DNA from: an uncultured archaeon
GTDB taxonomy: Archaea; Asgardarchaeota; Thorarchaeia; Thorarchaeales; Thorarchaeaceae
Assembly: GCA_964558645.1 (NCBI GenBank)
Contig: CAZLEV010000010.1
Span: 1-64,000 of the forward strand
Reading direction: 5' to 3'
DNA: 64,000 bases
This document shows, in pieces, positions 1 through 8,829 of this stretch; the first letter of the stretch is position 1, and each line of letters starts with the position of its first letter. The notes beneath the pieces are model-generated. The model worked only from the letters and a program-made list of their open reading frames with translations, ran no database searches and was not told the origin of the DNA. Both the position numbers and the translations under genes were made by a program.

Positions 1-1
1 A

Positions 2-379
2 GCGCACATCCTTGATGATATCCGAGGAGATGTACTTGTTCTTCAGTAACCGCAGAAGAGAGTTCTGGTCCTCATTGACAAGCTCAATGGCGGTCTTCAT
101 GAGCTGACGCCGCAGCCAGTTGGACTGGATGATCCGGGCCGTCTGCTCCAGGACGTTCCTGTAGAGTCTCTCGAAGCACTGCTCCCTGATATCGGGATTG
201 TCCTTGTATGCAAGATACTCCTCCTTCTGTAGGAGATTGTATCCCTGACCTCGATAGGAGTTCAGCTCCTCGCCAAGAAACTCTACTCGCTCCCTGTGCG
301 CGTAGACACGCTCAAGAACAAGATTCACCAGCTCCACGTACTTCTCGAAGTATCGACCCAGAAGAGAGAGGTCCAGCAT
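2..379 (-). CDS. Hypothetical protein, 3'-truncated by the window edge (MLDLSLLGRYFEKYVELVNLVLERVY...)
   Basis: Manual translation: minus frame open from 427 to the edge, ATG at 379. Absent from the ORF track because it has no stop in the window. Confidence 0.6.
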   Translation of the reverse strand, partial: MLDLSLLGRYFEKYVELVNLVLERVYAHRERVEFLGEELNSYRGQGYNLLQKEEYLAYKDNPDIREQCFERLYRNVLEQTARIIQSNWLRRQLMKTAIELVNEDQNSLLRLLKNKYISSDIIKDVR

Positions 380-430
380 GGAGTGGAGGAGTCTACCCTG
401 GTCATCAGCAGGGTGGAGAGAGATGGATCA

Positions 431-1054
431 TTGAAGCGGGTGGAGGTCATCAGTTTCACTGCTGACCGGGTGGAGGAACTCCTTGAGGTACTTGACCACG
501 AGGGGTTCGAGGCATGGCCGTACTCTCTCGAGAATCAGGGGGACATACAGGAGGCGCTCGAGGCAATCCGTGAGGGAGCGGATTTCTCTGACATGGCGGT
601 AGATAAGGACGATGTACTCGCGAGGGAGTACGAAGAAGCCATCACAGAATATAGAGAGGAGGCTCTAGAGGCGCCTGAGGAGCTGAAGTATCTAGCAAAG
701 ACGCTGGTCTACTACGGTCAGTTTCAAGCTCAGAGGGGGCAACTGGCGGAGGCGTTTCAACTCGTGGAGGAGGGGGTCGGTCTGCTCGGGAAGGAAGACC
801 TAATCAATGTCGAAGTCCTTCAGGCTCTTGCGAGAGGACTCGTCCTCAGGGCCCACTGCGTCCTTCATCTTGACATTGAACGTCAGGATGAGGCCAAGAG
901 AGACCTAGAAGAGGCGAGAGGGCTCTTGGAGGAGCTTCGAAGACGTGGAGAGATGATCACTGTAGATACCTTGGCAACCAGCATACAAGCCCTTCAGGTA
1001 CAGATTCATGATGACTCGGACGGAATTAACGGGAGCCGAGTTGATACTTCGTGA
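431..1054 (+). CDS. Acidic helical, TPR-like hypothetical protein
   Basis: ORF 296..1054, likely start TTG 431. Helical-repeat pattern LAKTLVYYGQFQAQRGQLAEAFQLVEEG. Confidence 0.55.
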   Translation: MKRVEVISFTADRVEELLEVLDHEGFEAWPYSLENQGDIQEALEAIREGADFSDMAVDKDDVLAREYEEAITEYREEALEAPEELKYLAKTLVYYGQFQAQRGQLAEAFQLVEEGVGLLGKEDLINVEVLQALARGLVLRAHCVLHLDIERQDEAKRDLEEARGLLEELRRRGEMITVDTLATSIQALQVQIHDDSDGINGSRVDTS

Positions 1055-1665
1055 AACAGGTCTTCATTAGAACTGGTTTTCGAGGAACACTATGGGTACA
1101 AGTAATTTCATCAGAAATCATAGAGCAGACAAGATTGCATTCACGTTGACGGGCGGCGGGGCCAGACGAGAGTCCTCCACTTATCGTAGGAAACCGCTCG
1201 GAACTCTCCACTCTGACAGCGGATTCACAATCTTGGACTGCAGTTTTGCAGCTGAACGATTTGACCTAGAAGTCAAAATCAGAATCAGCCTATTGAGGTT
1301 CTATAGAACCAAGAAGGCTGTTGGGCATTTCGTGCGACATTTGAATGAACCAATCAGGGAATTCCCCTTCCTACCACAGTTTGTCGATTCCGACAACTCC
1401 CTTAAGAATAGGGAGAATGAAAAGAAACTAACATTCCCAGCGAAGAGGGGGAGTAGGACCACATGAAGACGCAGAGGGGTGTGTGACCTATTCAGTTGAG
1501 CTGAACTCTTTGATGGTCTGTACTTCAGGCTTCTGGGTATTTCTCTATCTTTTCTCTTGCTAGTGAAGAGTCATCGACTGCTGAGAATAGAAATCTAGTT
1601 GACCAATCGACTTGTAATCCATTCCTAAATACAACGTTTTCATGTGGGCGATGGGCTTTGGAGCT

Positions 1666-2553
1666 TCAACCAAGCGCTTCAGGTACCACTTCAGCCATAT
1701 GTGCAAGCGATTCCGTGACCTCAGAGCTCGTTAACTCAAATATGAGAGGGCCATCAAACTCGTCGTTTAATAGCTCAAGAAGAAACCGTCGAACAGGCAT
1801 TTCGCCTTGGCCCAATGGAATATGGTCTCTATGGATTGCCGTATCCCCAAGCTCATGATATGACCCGTCGTGAAGATGTAACTCGACAATTCTGTCTTTG
1901 TGTTTGCCATAGAACTCATTGACTGATTCATTTCCTGAGTATTTCGTTAGGAGGTGCCCTGTGTCAAAGCAGATACTTGTGTCATATTCGTCAACTATCT
2001 CTCTCGTGATTTCAAATGGAAACTCGATGTTCTCAATAGCCAATCGTCGGGGATTCATCTCGGTTGCAGTGATAATCTCTTCTATGCTCCGTGCGGAGAA
2101 TCCAGCCATGAGAGTGCAGATCAGCATGACCATCTCTCTTGGGAAGTCAAGGTTTGAGAATTCTGCTGCAAGAGGACCGGTTGAATGGAGAACATAGTAC
2201 TCTGGTTCCAGAGGCTCAGTCAGTTTGATCGAATGAACAATACTCTCCACACTGCCAGATCGTATGTACTCGTTGAAGCTCGCAGGTTCAAGGGACCAGA
2301 GTGGAAGATGAGCAGTGTATGAATGCCCCAGTTCATCCTTCAATTCTGCCAGTTCATCGATTATCTTTGGAGTCAATGCACCTGGTATGATGTGCTCGAT
2401 GTCAAGAGTCAACTCAATCACGCTGATATGATCAGTATTCAATGCTTCTCTCACGATTTCAAGGATATCGAATCTTGAAAAGTCTGGCACGCCATCTACT
2501 AGCACTCTCTCCGCTGCAGGTTTGAACTCCAACGGTACGACACCATATCGCAT
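1666..2553 (-). CDS. Xylose-isomerase-like / AP endonuclease 2 TIM-barrel metalloenzyme (possibly CbiR-like)
   Basis: Motifs AHLP, YVLH, AIEN, CFDTGH, HLHD, DH, IFEL. Confidence 0.75.
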   Translation of the reverse strand: MRYGVVPLEFKPAAERVLVDGVPDFSRFDILEIVREALNTDHISVIELTLDIEHIIPGALTPKIIDELAELKDELGHSYTAHLPLWSLEPASFNEYIRSGSVESIVHSIKLTEPLEPEYYVLHSTGPLAAEFSNLDFPREMVMLICTLMAGFSARSIEEIITATEMNPRRLAIENIEFPFEITREIVDEYDTSICFDTGHLLTKYSGNESVNEFYGKHKDRIVELHLHDGSYHELGDTAIHRDHIPLGQGEMPVRRFLLELLNDEFDGPLIFELTSSEVTESLAHMAEVVPEALG

Positions 2554-2648
2554 CTGCGGGCACTCCAGTCCTGTTATCTGGTCCTAGATAATTGCACAGT
2601 GTAGGCTTCGGACAGTATCACTATGGCGGAAAATATCTCGATCGATTA

Positions 2649-3146
2649 CTATCTCCGTGAAGGTAACTTCCTCAAATCATATTCCTCAACGACCGAGTCA
2701 ACTTCTACTGCCTCAACCTTTAGCATCTTGTCGCCTTCCCTTATCCTCTCTGCGACATCAAAACCATCCTCCACTACTCCAAAGACGGTGTGTCTCCTAT
2801 CAAGATGCTTGCAGTTTATTGGATTGAGAACTATGAAGAACTGACTACCGCCTGTGTCTTTTCCTGCATGGGCCATAGAGATGGCCCCCTTCACATGGTG
2901 CTGACGATTTCCTTCTGTTTCACACGGAATTGCGTAACCCGGGCCCCCGGCACCGGTACCTGTCGGGTCGCCGCCTTGTATCACAAAATTGTCTACCACC
3001 CTATGGAAGGTAAGCCCATCATAGTAGCCGCTTCTCACCAGTTCGAGGAAATTCTTGACAGTGTTAATGGCTGCATCTGGCCACAGCTCAAGCATAATTG
3101 TTCCTTTCTCAGTTTTCATTTTCACTCTTGTCGTCAATGTTCTCAT
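2649..3146 (-). CDS. ppiA: Cyclophilin-type peptidyl-prolyl isomerase
   Basis: FHRVVDNFVIQGGDP, SMAHAGKDTGGSQFFI, HTVFG. Confidence 0.95.
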   Translation of the reverse strand: MRTLTTRVKMKTEKGTIMLELWPDAAINTVKNFLELVRSGYYDGLTFHRVVDNFVIQGGDPTGTGAGGPGYAIPCETEGNRQHHVKGAISMAHAGKDTGGSQFFIVLNPINCKHLDRRHTVFGVVEDGFDVAERIREGDKMLKVEAVEVDSVVEEYDLRKLPSRR

Positions 3147-3265
3147 TCATCCTCTAATCAGTGACTCTATGTATTTCTCGCATGAATCATAGGCACTTAG
3201 GAGTTGCGATATTTACTTCCACTACCAATCCTGACATCTTATTAATCTCATAGAGTGTAGGTTGG

Positions 3266-4471
3266 TTGCTCATGACACAACTCAAAGAATACCGAGAAGG
3301 TTTCACCTCTTTCGTTAGTGCAGATGTGCAGCACTACAGCGAGAAGCAGGGCCAACCCACCGCTGATATGCCGGTATTCTACAATCCAAGGATGCGCACG
3401 AATCGAGACATCTCCGTGGTCTTCCTCTCCGAATATCTGAAGAGATGGGATGTCTACCTTTTCTGTGAACCTCTTGCCGGCTCCGGGGTCAGAACACTTC
3501 GTTATCTAAATGAATGTCGGGGGGAACACCATGGAATGATGTTCGATGTCAATCCGGAGGCAGTAAGAATCATACAAAAGAATATCGAGGCGAATGGGCT
3601 TTCTGACAGGGCCTCCGTCGTACAAGGCGATGCGAAGGTCTTGCTACTTTCGGAATCTCGTACCAAGAGGTTCGATTTTGTGGATGTAGATCCCTTTGGA
3701 ACCCCGGTCCCATACCTGAATGCTGCTATACAATCTCTAAATCCGAAAGGAGGACTGCTCGCTCTAACAGCTACAGATATGCCTGCTCTCTGCGGTGTCT
3801 ATCCTCAGGTAGCCTTTCGGAAGTATGGGGGCTTCTCTATCAGGTCCCCTGTTTCACACGAGATAGCGGTGCGCTTACTACTCGGAAAAGCGTACTCTGC
3901 GACAGGCGCCAATGATAGAGCTATTAATCCGCTGGCTGTATTGAGCACGGACCACTATATCCGTGTATGGCTTCGAGTCGAGTCAAGTTGCAAGACAAGC
4001 AACAGGCACGCCAAGAAGATCGGATGGTTGAGGTATTGTCCACATTGCATGAATATGGAGATGATATCACTCCGGGAAGGTATAGATACCGATTTCAATC
4101 ACTGTCGAGATGGCTGTGGAGGAACTCCTGAAGTAGCTGGACCTCTTTGGATAGGCCAGCTCTATGATCTTGGGTTTATCAGAAACGCGAAGGAAACCAC
4201 ATCGCAATACAACATCCACAAAAAGGCACACAAACTGATACAACTCATGAGTGACGAGGCCCCACTTACAGATGCACCGTATATAGACATTCATTCAATA
4301 TGCGATTCATACAATCTCACTCCTCCAAGCAACAATGATCTAATCGCCTTGCTAACGGAATGGGGTCATGAAACAACCAGAACCCCCTTCCGTCCAACAG
4401 CATTAAGAACAGAGGCTTCCCCCTGCGAAGTGGTCAGAGCAATATACAACATGAAAGGAGTCACCACATAA
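3266..4471 (+). CDS. trm1: tRNA (guanine26-N2)-dimethyltransferase
   Basis: PVFYNPRMRTNRD, GSGVRTLRY, DVDPFG, TATD, GPLWIG. Confidence 0.95.
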   Translation: MLMTQLKEYREGFTSFVSADVQHYSEKQGQPTADMPVFYNPRMRTNRDISVVFLSEYLKRWDVYLFCEPLAGSGVRTLRYLNECRGEHHGMMFDVNPEAVRIIQKNIEANGLSDRASVVQGDAKVLLLSESRTKRFDFVDVDPFGTPVPYLNAAIQSLNPKGGLLALTATDMPALCGVYPQVAFRKYGGFSIRSPVSHEIAVRLLLGKAYSATGANDRAINPLAVLSTDHYIRVWLRVESSCKTSNRHAKKIGWLRYCPHCMNMEMISLREGIDTDFNHCRDGCGGTPEVAGPLWIGQLYDLGFIRNAKETTSQYNIHKKAHKLIQLMSDEAPLTDAPYIDIHSICDSYNLTPPSNNDLIALLTEWGHETTRTPFRPTALRTEASPCEVVRAIYNMKGVTT

Positions 4472-4472
4472 A

Positions 4473-5078
4473 ATGGGCAGACCACGAGGAGACCGGAGAA
4501 AGGAACACTATTACAGGACTGCAAAGAAACAGGGCTATCGTAGTCGTTCCGCATTTAAACTCAAACAGATGATTCGTAAGTACAAACTTCTGGCGGGCGT
4601 TGACAGGGTTGTGGATTTATGCTCTAGCCCTGGTGGTTGGACTCAGGTACTGCGAGAGAAAGGGGATCATCTCGAAATCATGGCAGTGGATATTGTCCCA
4701 ATGCCACCTCTACCCCGAGTGTCATTCATCAAAGGCGACATAACAGACACCCAGACTATCGATGAGGTCAGACAACGTATTGGGGGTACCGCTGATCTGA
4801 TACTCTCAGATTGTTCTCCTAATGTGACCGGGATTTGGGAGGTTGACGTAGCAAGGCAGCTCGAACTCGCCAGAATAACGGTCAACTTAGGGACCGAGAT
4901 TCTGACTAAGAACGGGAAAGTACTTACAAAGGTATTCCAAGGTCCCGGCTTCAAGGAGTTCCTTCAGTCAGTCAAAACCAAGTTCGAGTCAGTCCGCTTG
5001 GTGAAGCCGGATGCATCTCGAAGAACAAGTGCCGAAATCTACATGCTAGCAACGTGCCCAAAAAGGGCGAGGGAATAG
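4473..5078 (+). CDS. rlmE: 23S rRNA 2'-O-methyltransferase RlmE/FtsJ
   Basis: GYRSRSAFKL, DLCSSPGGW, LSD, KVFQG, KPDASR..SAEIY. Confidence 0.95.
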   Translation: MGRPRGDRRKEHYYRTAKKQGYRSRSAFKLKQMIRKYKLLAGVDRVVDLCSSPGGWTQVLREKGDHLEIMAVDIVPMPPLPRVSFIKGDITDTQTIDEVRQRIGGTADLILSDCSPNVTGIWEVDVARQLELARITVNLGTEILTKNGKVLTKVFQGPGFKEFLQSVKTKFESVRLVKPDASRRTSAEIYMLATCPKRARE

Positions 5079-5085
5079 ACGACTA

Positions 5086-5433
5086 CTAGGTTGCTTCCGA
5101 ACCTATCATCCATTGATCCAGATCCCTACAATTGACTGGAGAGTCTGGTTGTCTTATTCCACATCTTGTTATCTTGAGACAGTGAAAACAGGGACATCCA
5201 TTCAAATCTGATAGATTACCACGTCGTGCCTCATCGGTCATGCTCTTGCGTATGAAGAGTCTTGTCGTTTCCATTTCTTGTTTCTGCATTATTAGTCCCT
5301 CTAACAATAATCGTTGAGCTACATCCGATACCATTTTGGAGTCAATGTTCAATCTAGTTTCTAGTTCTTCAATGAGCAGACCTGCTTGACCTGCAGCTCG
5401 GAGAGCATTCAGTATGCGGTCGGCTTCACTCAT
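5086..5433 (-). CDS. TFE-beta / RPC34-like winged helix with [4Fe-4S] C-terminal domain
   Basis: N-terminal wHTH plus CPCFHC-x5-C-x10-C..L..W tail. Confidence 0.8.
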   Translation of the reverse strand: MSEADRILNALRAAGQAGLLIEELETRLNIDSKMVSDVAQRLLLEGLIMQKQEMETTRLFIRKSMTDEARRGNLSDLNGCPCFHCLKITRCGIRQPDSPVNCRDLDQWMIGSEAT

Positions 5434-5610
5434 TTCAATGACCTTTCGCTAGACACATGACAAGAGAGGACAAGGTACAGTATCCTTAATTTAATGTTCG
5501 GAAGCTACCAGTCCACTCCTGTGTTTCGACGTACACTTTTGTACGCCCATGTATATTGTCAACATGATGGTGTCATCACAGAAAAACGCATCGAAGCCCG
5601 AATTCCTGTA

Positions 5611-5850
5611 TCACTTCTTGTACAGATAGAGCATCTGACCTACCAGGCTCTCACCATCGACTTCGCTCCTTGGTCGAACTGCCACATACGGCCGGTGTAC
5701 AGGTCCAAACACATCTTGTACTCTACCCACAGACTGCACACTCTTGTCAACAACCTGTGCGCCAATAGGCGGTATCTTCTCAGATCGCAAGATTATCGAA
5801 CCCCTGTGACTGATATGTGTGACCTTGCCCAATCTTCTCAATAGAAGCAC
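5611..5850 (-). CDS. gar1: H/ACA RNP protein Gar1
   Basis: RRLGKV.H, VGRVQDVFGPVHRPYV. Confidence 0.9.
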   Translation of the reverse strand: MLLLRRLGKVTHISHRGSIILRSEKIPPIGAQVVDKSVQSVGRVQDVFGPVHRPYVAVRPRSEVDGESLVGQMLYLYKK

Positions 5851-5857
5851 CCCTCTA

Positions 5858-6211
5858 TCATCTTCGTCGTTTCCCTTTGGTGCCCCTCTTCTGGGCTCTC
5901 TTCCGTGCCATCTCTCTCTGTGCCACTATTCTTCTGACACCCTTTGCAAGCATCAGCAGGACTCTCTTTTTGTTATGTCCCTGTTCATTGTTCAGTACGA
6001 TATAGCCACTCTTGCCCGTTGGAGTCCGCGGATATTTTTTGGCTGGTTCAATCTCATATTCAAGACCTATGTTCTCAGCTGCTTTTTCGAGTACACGTAC
6101 ATCCACATCGGGTGCCGCTAGGTTCTTCGGTATTCGTCGTCCCTCTCTTCTTGTCAGTTCGGAATCAAGATATTGGGGCCACACAATCACCTTGCCGTTC
6201 CGTTGCTTCAT
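5858..6211 (-). CDS. srp19: Signal recognition particle protein SRP19
   Basis: [23 protein letters not shown]. Confidence 0.95.
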   Translation of the reverse strand: MKQRNGKVIVWPQYLDSELTRREGRRIPKNLAAPDVDVRVLEKAAENIGLEYEIEPAKKYPRTPTGKSGYIVLNNEQGHNKKRVLLMLAKGVRRIVAQREMARKRAQKRGTKGKRRR

Positions 6212-6369
6212 CTTCAGATCTGACCTGGCTCTGGAATTTGTCCTTTAGATTCAATGCCCTGTGGATTTCTTTTTATCTTTCCCATTGCTTCATGAACCTG
6301 TTAGGCCCCAAACAGTCCAAGAACTACTTAAAGGTACACCATGACCGAAGGCTGATAGGAGAATTTGCT

Positions 6370-6861
6370 TTGCCTCGAAAAAGTAAAGATGTGTACTTCG
6401 CTGAGATTGCAGATCTTGTGTCTTCACGTAGTACTTGTCTTCGTAACAAAGTTGGCGCAGTCCTCGTAAAAGACTCTCAGATACTCTCCACAGGTTACAA
6501 TGGTGCCCCAAAGCGATTGCCGCACTGTGAGGAAGTGGGCTGTATAAGGGAAAAAATGGGCGTAAGACCAGGTGAGCGTCACGAGTTGTGCCGTGGTCTG
6601 CATGCGGAACAGAATGCCATTATCCAGGCTGCCTACCATGGTGTTAGCGTCAAAGGCGCGATACTCTATTGCACAACAAGACCCTGTAGCATCTGTACAA
6701 AGATGCTCATCAATGCGGGGATCAAGGAGATCGTCTATGTTGAAGACTATCAAGACGAATTGGCTGCCGAGTTGCTTGATGAAGCCGGGATGGAAACCCG
6801 TAGAATTCGTGTCCCACGAAAGTACGGTCGTAATGCAATCTCTGAATATGCTGATACCTGA
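6370..6861 (+). CDS. dCMP deaminase family (ComEB-like)
   Basis: RSTCLR..VGAV, TGYNG, HAEQNA, PCSIC; TTG start after GGAG. Confidence 0.9.
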   Translation: MPRKSKDVYFAEIADLVSSRSTCLRNKVGAVLVKDSQILSTGYNGAPKRLPHCEEVGCIREKMGVRPGERHELCRGLHAEQNAIIQAAYHGVSVKGAILYCTTRPCSICTKMLINAGIKEIVYVEDYQDELAAELLDEAGMETRRIRVPRKYGRNAISEYADT

Positions 6862-6911
6862 CTCTCAAAAGCTTAAAGAGTGAATCGGCCACGCATCATC
6901 CTAATCTTCAA

Positions 6912-7850
6912 ATGAGGTTTCCCACTGTGGCACGTCTGTTCAATCTAATTGGAATACAAGACTTGAATCGAGAAGATATAGACAAGATTCTTGATAAAGC
7001 AAAAGATATGGAAGAGATATCGAAGAAGAGAAGCAATCAACTCGCCTCCAGAATCATGGCGTGCCTGTTCTTTGAACCATCAACCCGCACACGTCTGTCA
7101 TTCGAGAGCGCTATGCTCCGACTAGGGGGCAAGGTTCTTGGATTTGCCGATGTTGGAGTTTCTAGTGCTGGAGGAAAAGGTGAGACCCTTGCAGACACCA
7201 TTCGGACTGTTGAGCGATATGCCGACATAATCGTAATCAGGCACCCACTAGATGGTTCGGCTCGGTTGGCAGCTGAGTTCTCAAGTAAACCAATAATCAA
7301 TGCAGGAAGTGGGTCTGAGGAGCATCCAACTCAGGCATTGCTTGACTTGTATTCTATCAAGAAGATGAAAGGCACCATTGATGGTCTGCACATATCCCTC
7401 TGTGGGGACCTGAAATATGGCAGAACTGTTCACTCGTTAGCAATGGCACTCTCAAAATATGACGTCAAAGTGCGTCTTGCTGCTCCAACGCAGCTCAAGA
7501 TGAAACCTGCAATTGTGAGTGAGATGAAAGGTGCAGGCATCGACGTGGAGGAAGTTGACAATATGAATGCTGCCGTGAGGGGGACAGACGTTGTCTATAT
7601 GACCAGAATCCAAAAAGAGAGATTCCCTGACATCAACGAATACAACGCAGTGAAGGGACAGTTCAGGATAAGGCTAGAAGAGGTCAGTCTGATGAAGGAG
7701 GATGGGATTATCCTTCATCCCCTTCCCCGCGTAGACGAACTTGACCCCTCTGTAGATACAACTCCGCAAGCAAGATACTTTGATCAAGTAGAAGCTGGTG
7801 TTGTCACTAGAATGGCAATCCTTGACCTCATTCTTGGCTCGGAGGGTTGA
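6912..7850 (+). CDS. pyrB: Aspartate carbamoyltransferase catalytic subunit
   Basis: FFEPSTRT, HPTQ, GDLKYGRTVHSL, RIQKERF, HPLPR. Confidence 0.97.
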   Translation: MRFPTVARLFNLIGIQDLNREDIDKILDKAKDMEEISKKRSNQLASRIMACLFFEPSTRTRLSFESAMLRLGGKVLGFADVGVSSAGGKGETLADTIRTVERYADIIVIRHPLDGSARLAAEFSSKPIINAGSGSEEHPTQALLDLYSIKKMKGTIDGLHISLCGDLKYGRTVHSLAMALSKYDVKVRLAAPTQLKMKPAIVSEMKGAGIDVEEVDNMNAAVRGTDVVYMTRIQKERFPDINEYNAVKGQFRIRLEEVSLMKEDGIILHPLPRVDELDPSVDTTPQARYFDQVEAGVVTRMAILDLILGSEG

Positions 7851-8562
7851 TATCACGCAGCTGCTTGGTCAACAACTCGACCGAACTAATCTGACTCACT
7901 GCAAGGGGTATCTTCATCTGTTCCGATAGGTCTACTGCAAGTCGATCTATCTTTGTCACACCATGAAGAATCACGAAAGTAGGCTTGAACTCTTGTGATT
8001 TGATTGCTATCATAGGTGCGCGGCCTGTATTGACTCTAGTGAAGACAAGACAGCGTTCAGTGGTTGCACCGAAGAGCTTCAGGAACGCATCACTATCAAG
8101 TTCCTTCACTGCTCTTTCAACATCAACTAGGGTGTAGCCGTATATTTCTCTGTCGAGATACGCCTTCCCACTCAAAATGTCGCATTTTAGAAGCTCAGAA
8201 AATGTCTGACAGGTCAATGGAGAAGAAAAATCACTCATGGCCAGAACTATGTTCATGTCTACCAGACTGGTATCCATCAGGCGAACAAAGGCCGAGATGA
8301 CTTGGCCCCCGTTTCTCTCGTCCAGATCGAGTAGTGCCATCACAAATCGTCTGACTGTACTCGTTCCGGGAGACTTCCTTCGTCCTGATTCGTAGTCACT
8401 TATTACGCTCGGGCTAATGTCTAGGTATTCGGCAAGAACAATCTGCGGCAGATGAAATCTCTCTCTCCAGACTCTCATGGTCTGACCCGGATAGTCAGAT
8501 AGAGCGATCTCTCCAGCTATCCGACGTGCCAATCTTTCTCTCACCGAGGCCTGAGTAGACAT
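7828..8562 (-). CDS. Archaeal XRE-HTH transcriptional regulator (COG1709 type)
   Basis: RIAGEI, SPSVISDYESGRRKSPG, TGRAPMIAIK. Confidence 0.85.
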   Translation of the reverse strand: MSTQASVRERLARRIAGEIALSDYPGQTMRVWRERFHLPQIVLAEYLDISPSVISDYESGRRKSPGTSTVRRFVMALLDLDERNGGQVISAFVRLMDTSLVDMNIVLAMSDFSSPLTCQTFSELLKCDILSGKAYLDREIYGYTLVDVERAVKELDSDAFLKLFGATTERCLVFTRVNTGRAPMIAIKSQEFKPTFVILHGVTKIDRLAVDLSEQMKIPLAVSQISSVELLTKQLRDINPPSQE

Positions 8563-8679
8563 GATGGTTCCTTCCCGTGCTGATTCAAAGATAAGGATTT
8601 CGACTATTGCCGATTTCTAGTCCGCAACCCGACGATTTGCAATTACATGGAGAAGCAACGTAATGGAAACGGATACGAA

Positions 8680-8786
8680 TGGTGGGCCGGACGAGATTCG
8701 AACTCGCGACCTCTTGGACCCAAACCAAGAATCAATCTGGCAGGCGTCATGAATGACGTTCTGATGCCAAGCTAGACCACCGACCC
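8680..8786 (-). tRNA. tRNA-Pro(UGG) with ~30-nt D-arm intron (about 8734..8763)
   Basis: Acceptor GGGTCGG/CCGGCCC, encoded CCA, anticodon arm CTTGG TTTGGGT CCAAG, T loop TTCGAAT. Confidence 0.92.
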
Positions 8787-8829
8787 ATGTTCGCGCTTTT
8801 CCGATGGGGCGGTTATAAGAGTAGCGGAA

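Noticed and set aside
8561-8615. C/D-like boxes (ATGATGG...CTGA...CCGA) on the plus strand
   Set aside because: They coincide with the start codon, SD and promoter of the minus-strand regulator; no recognisable target.
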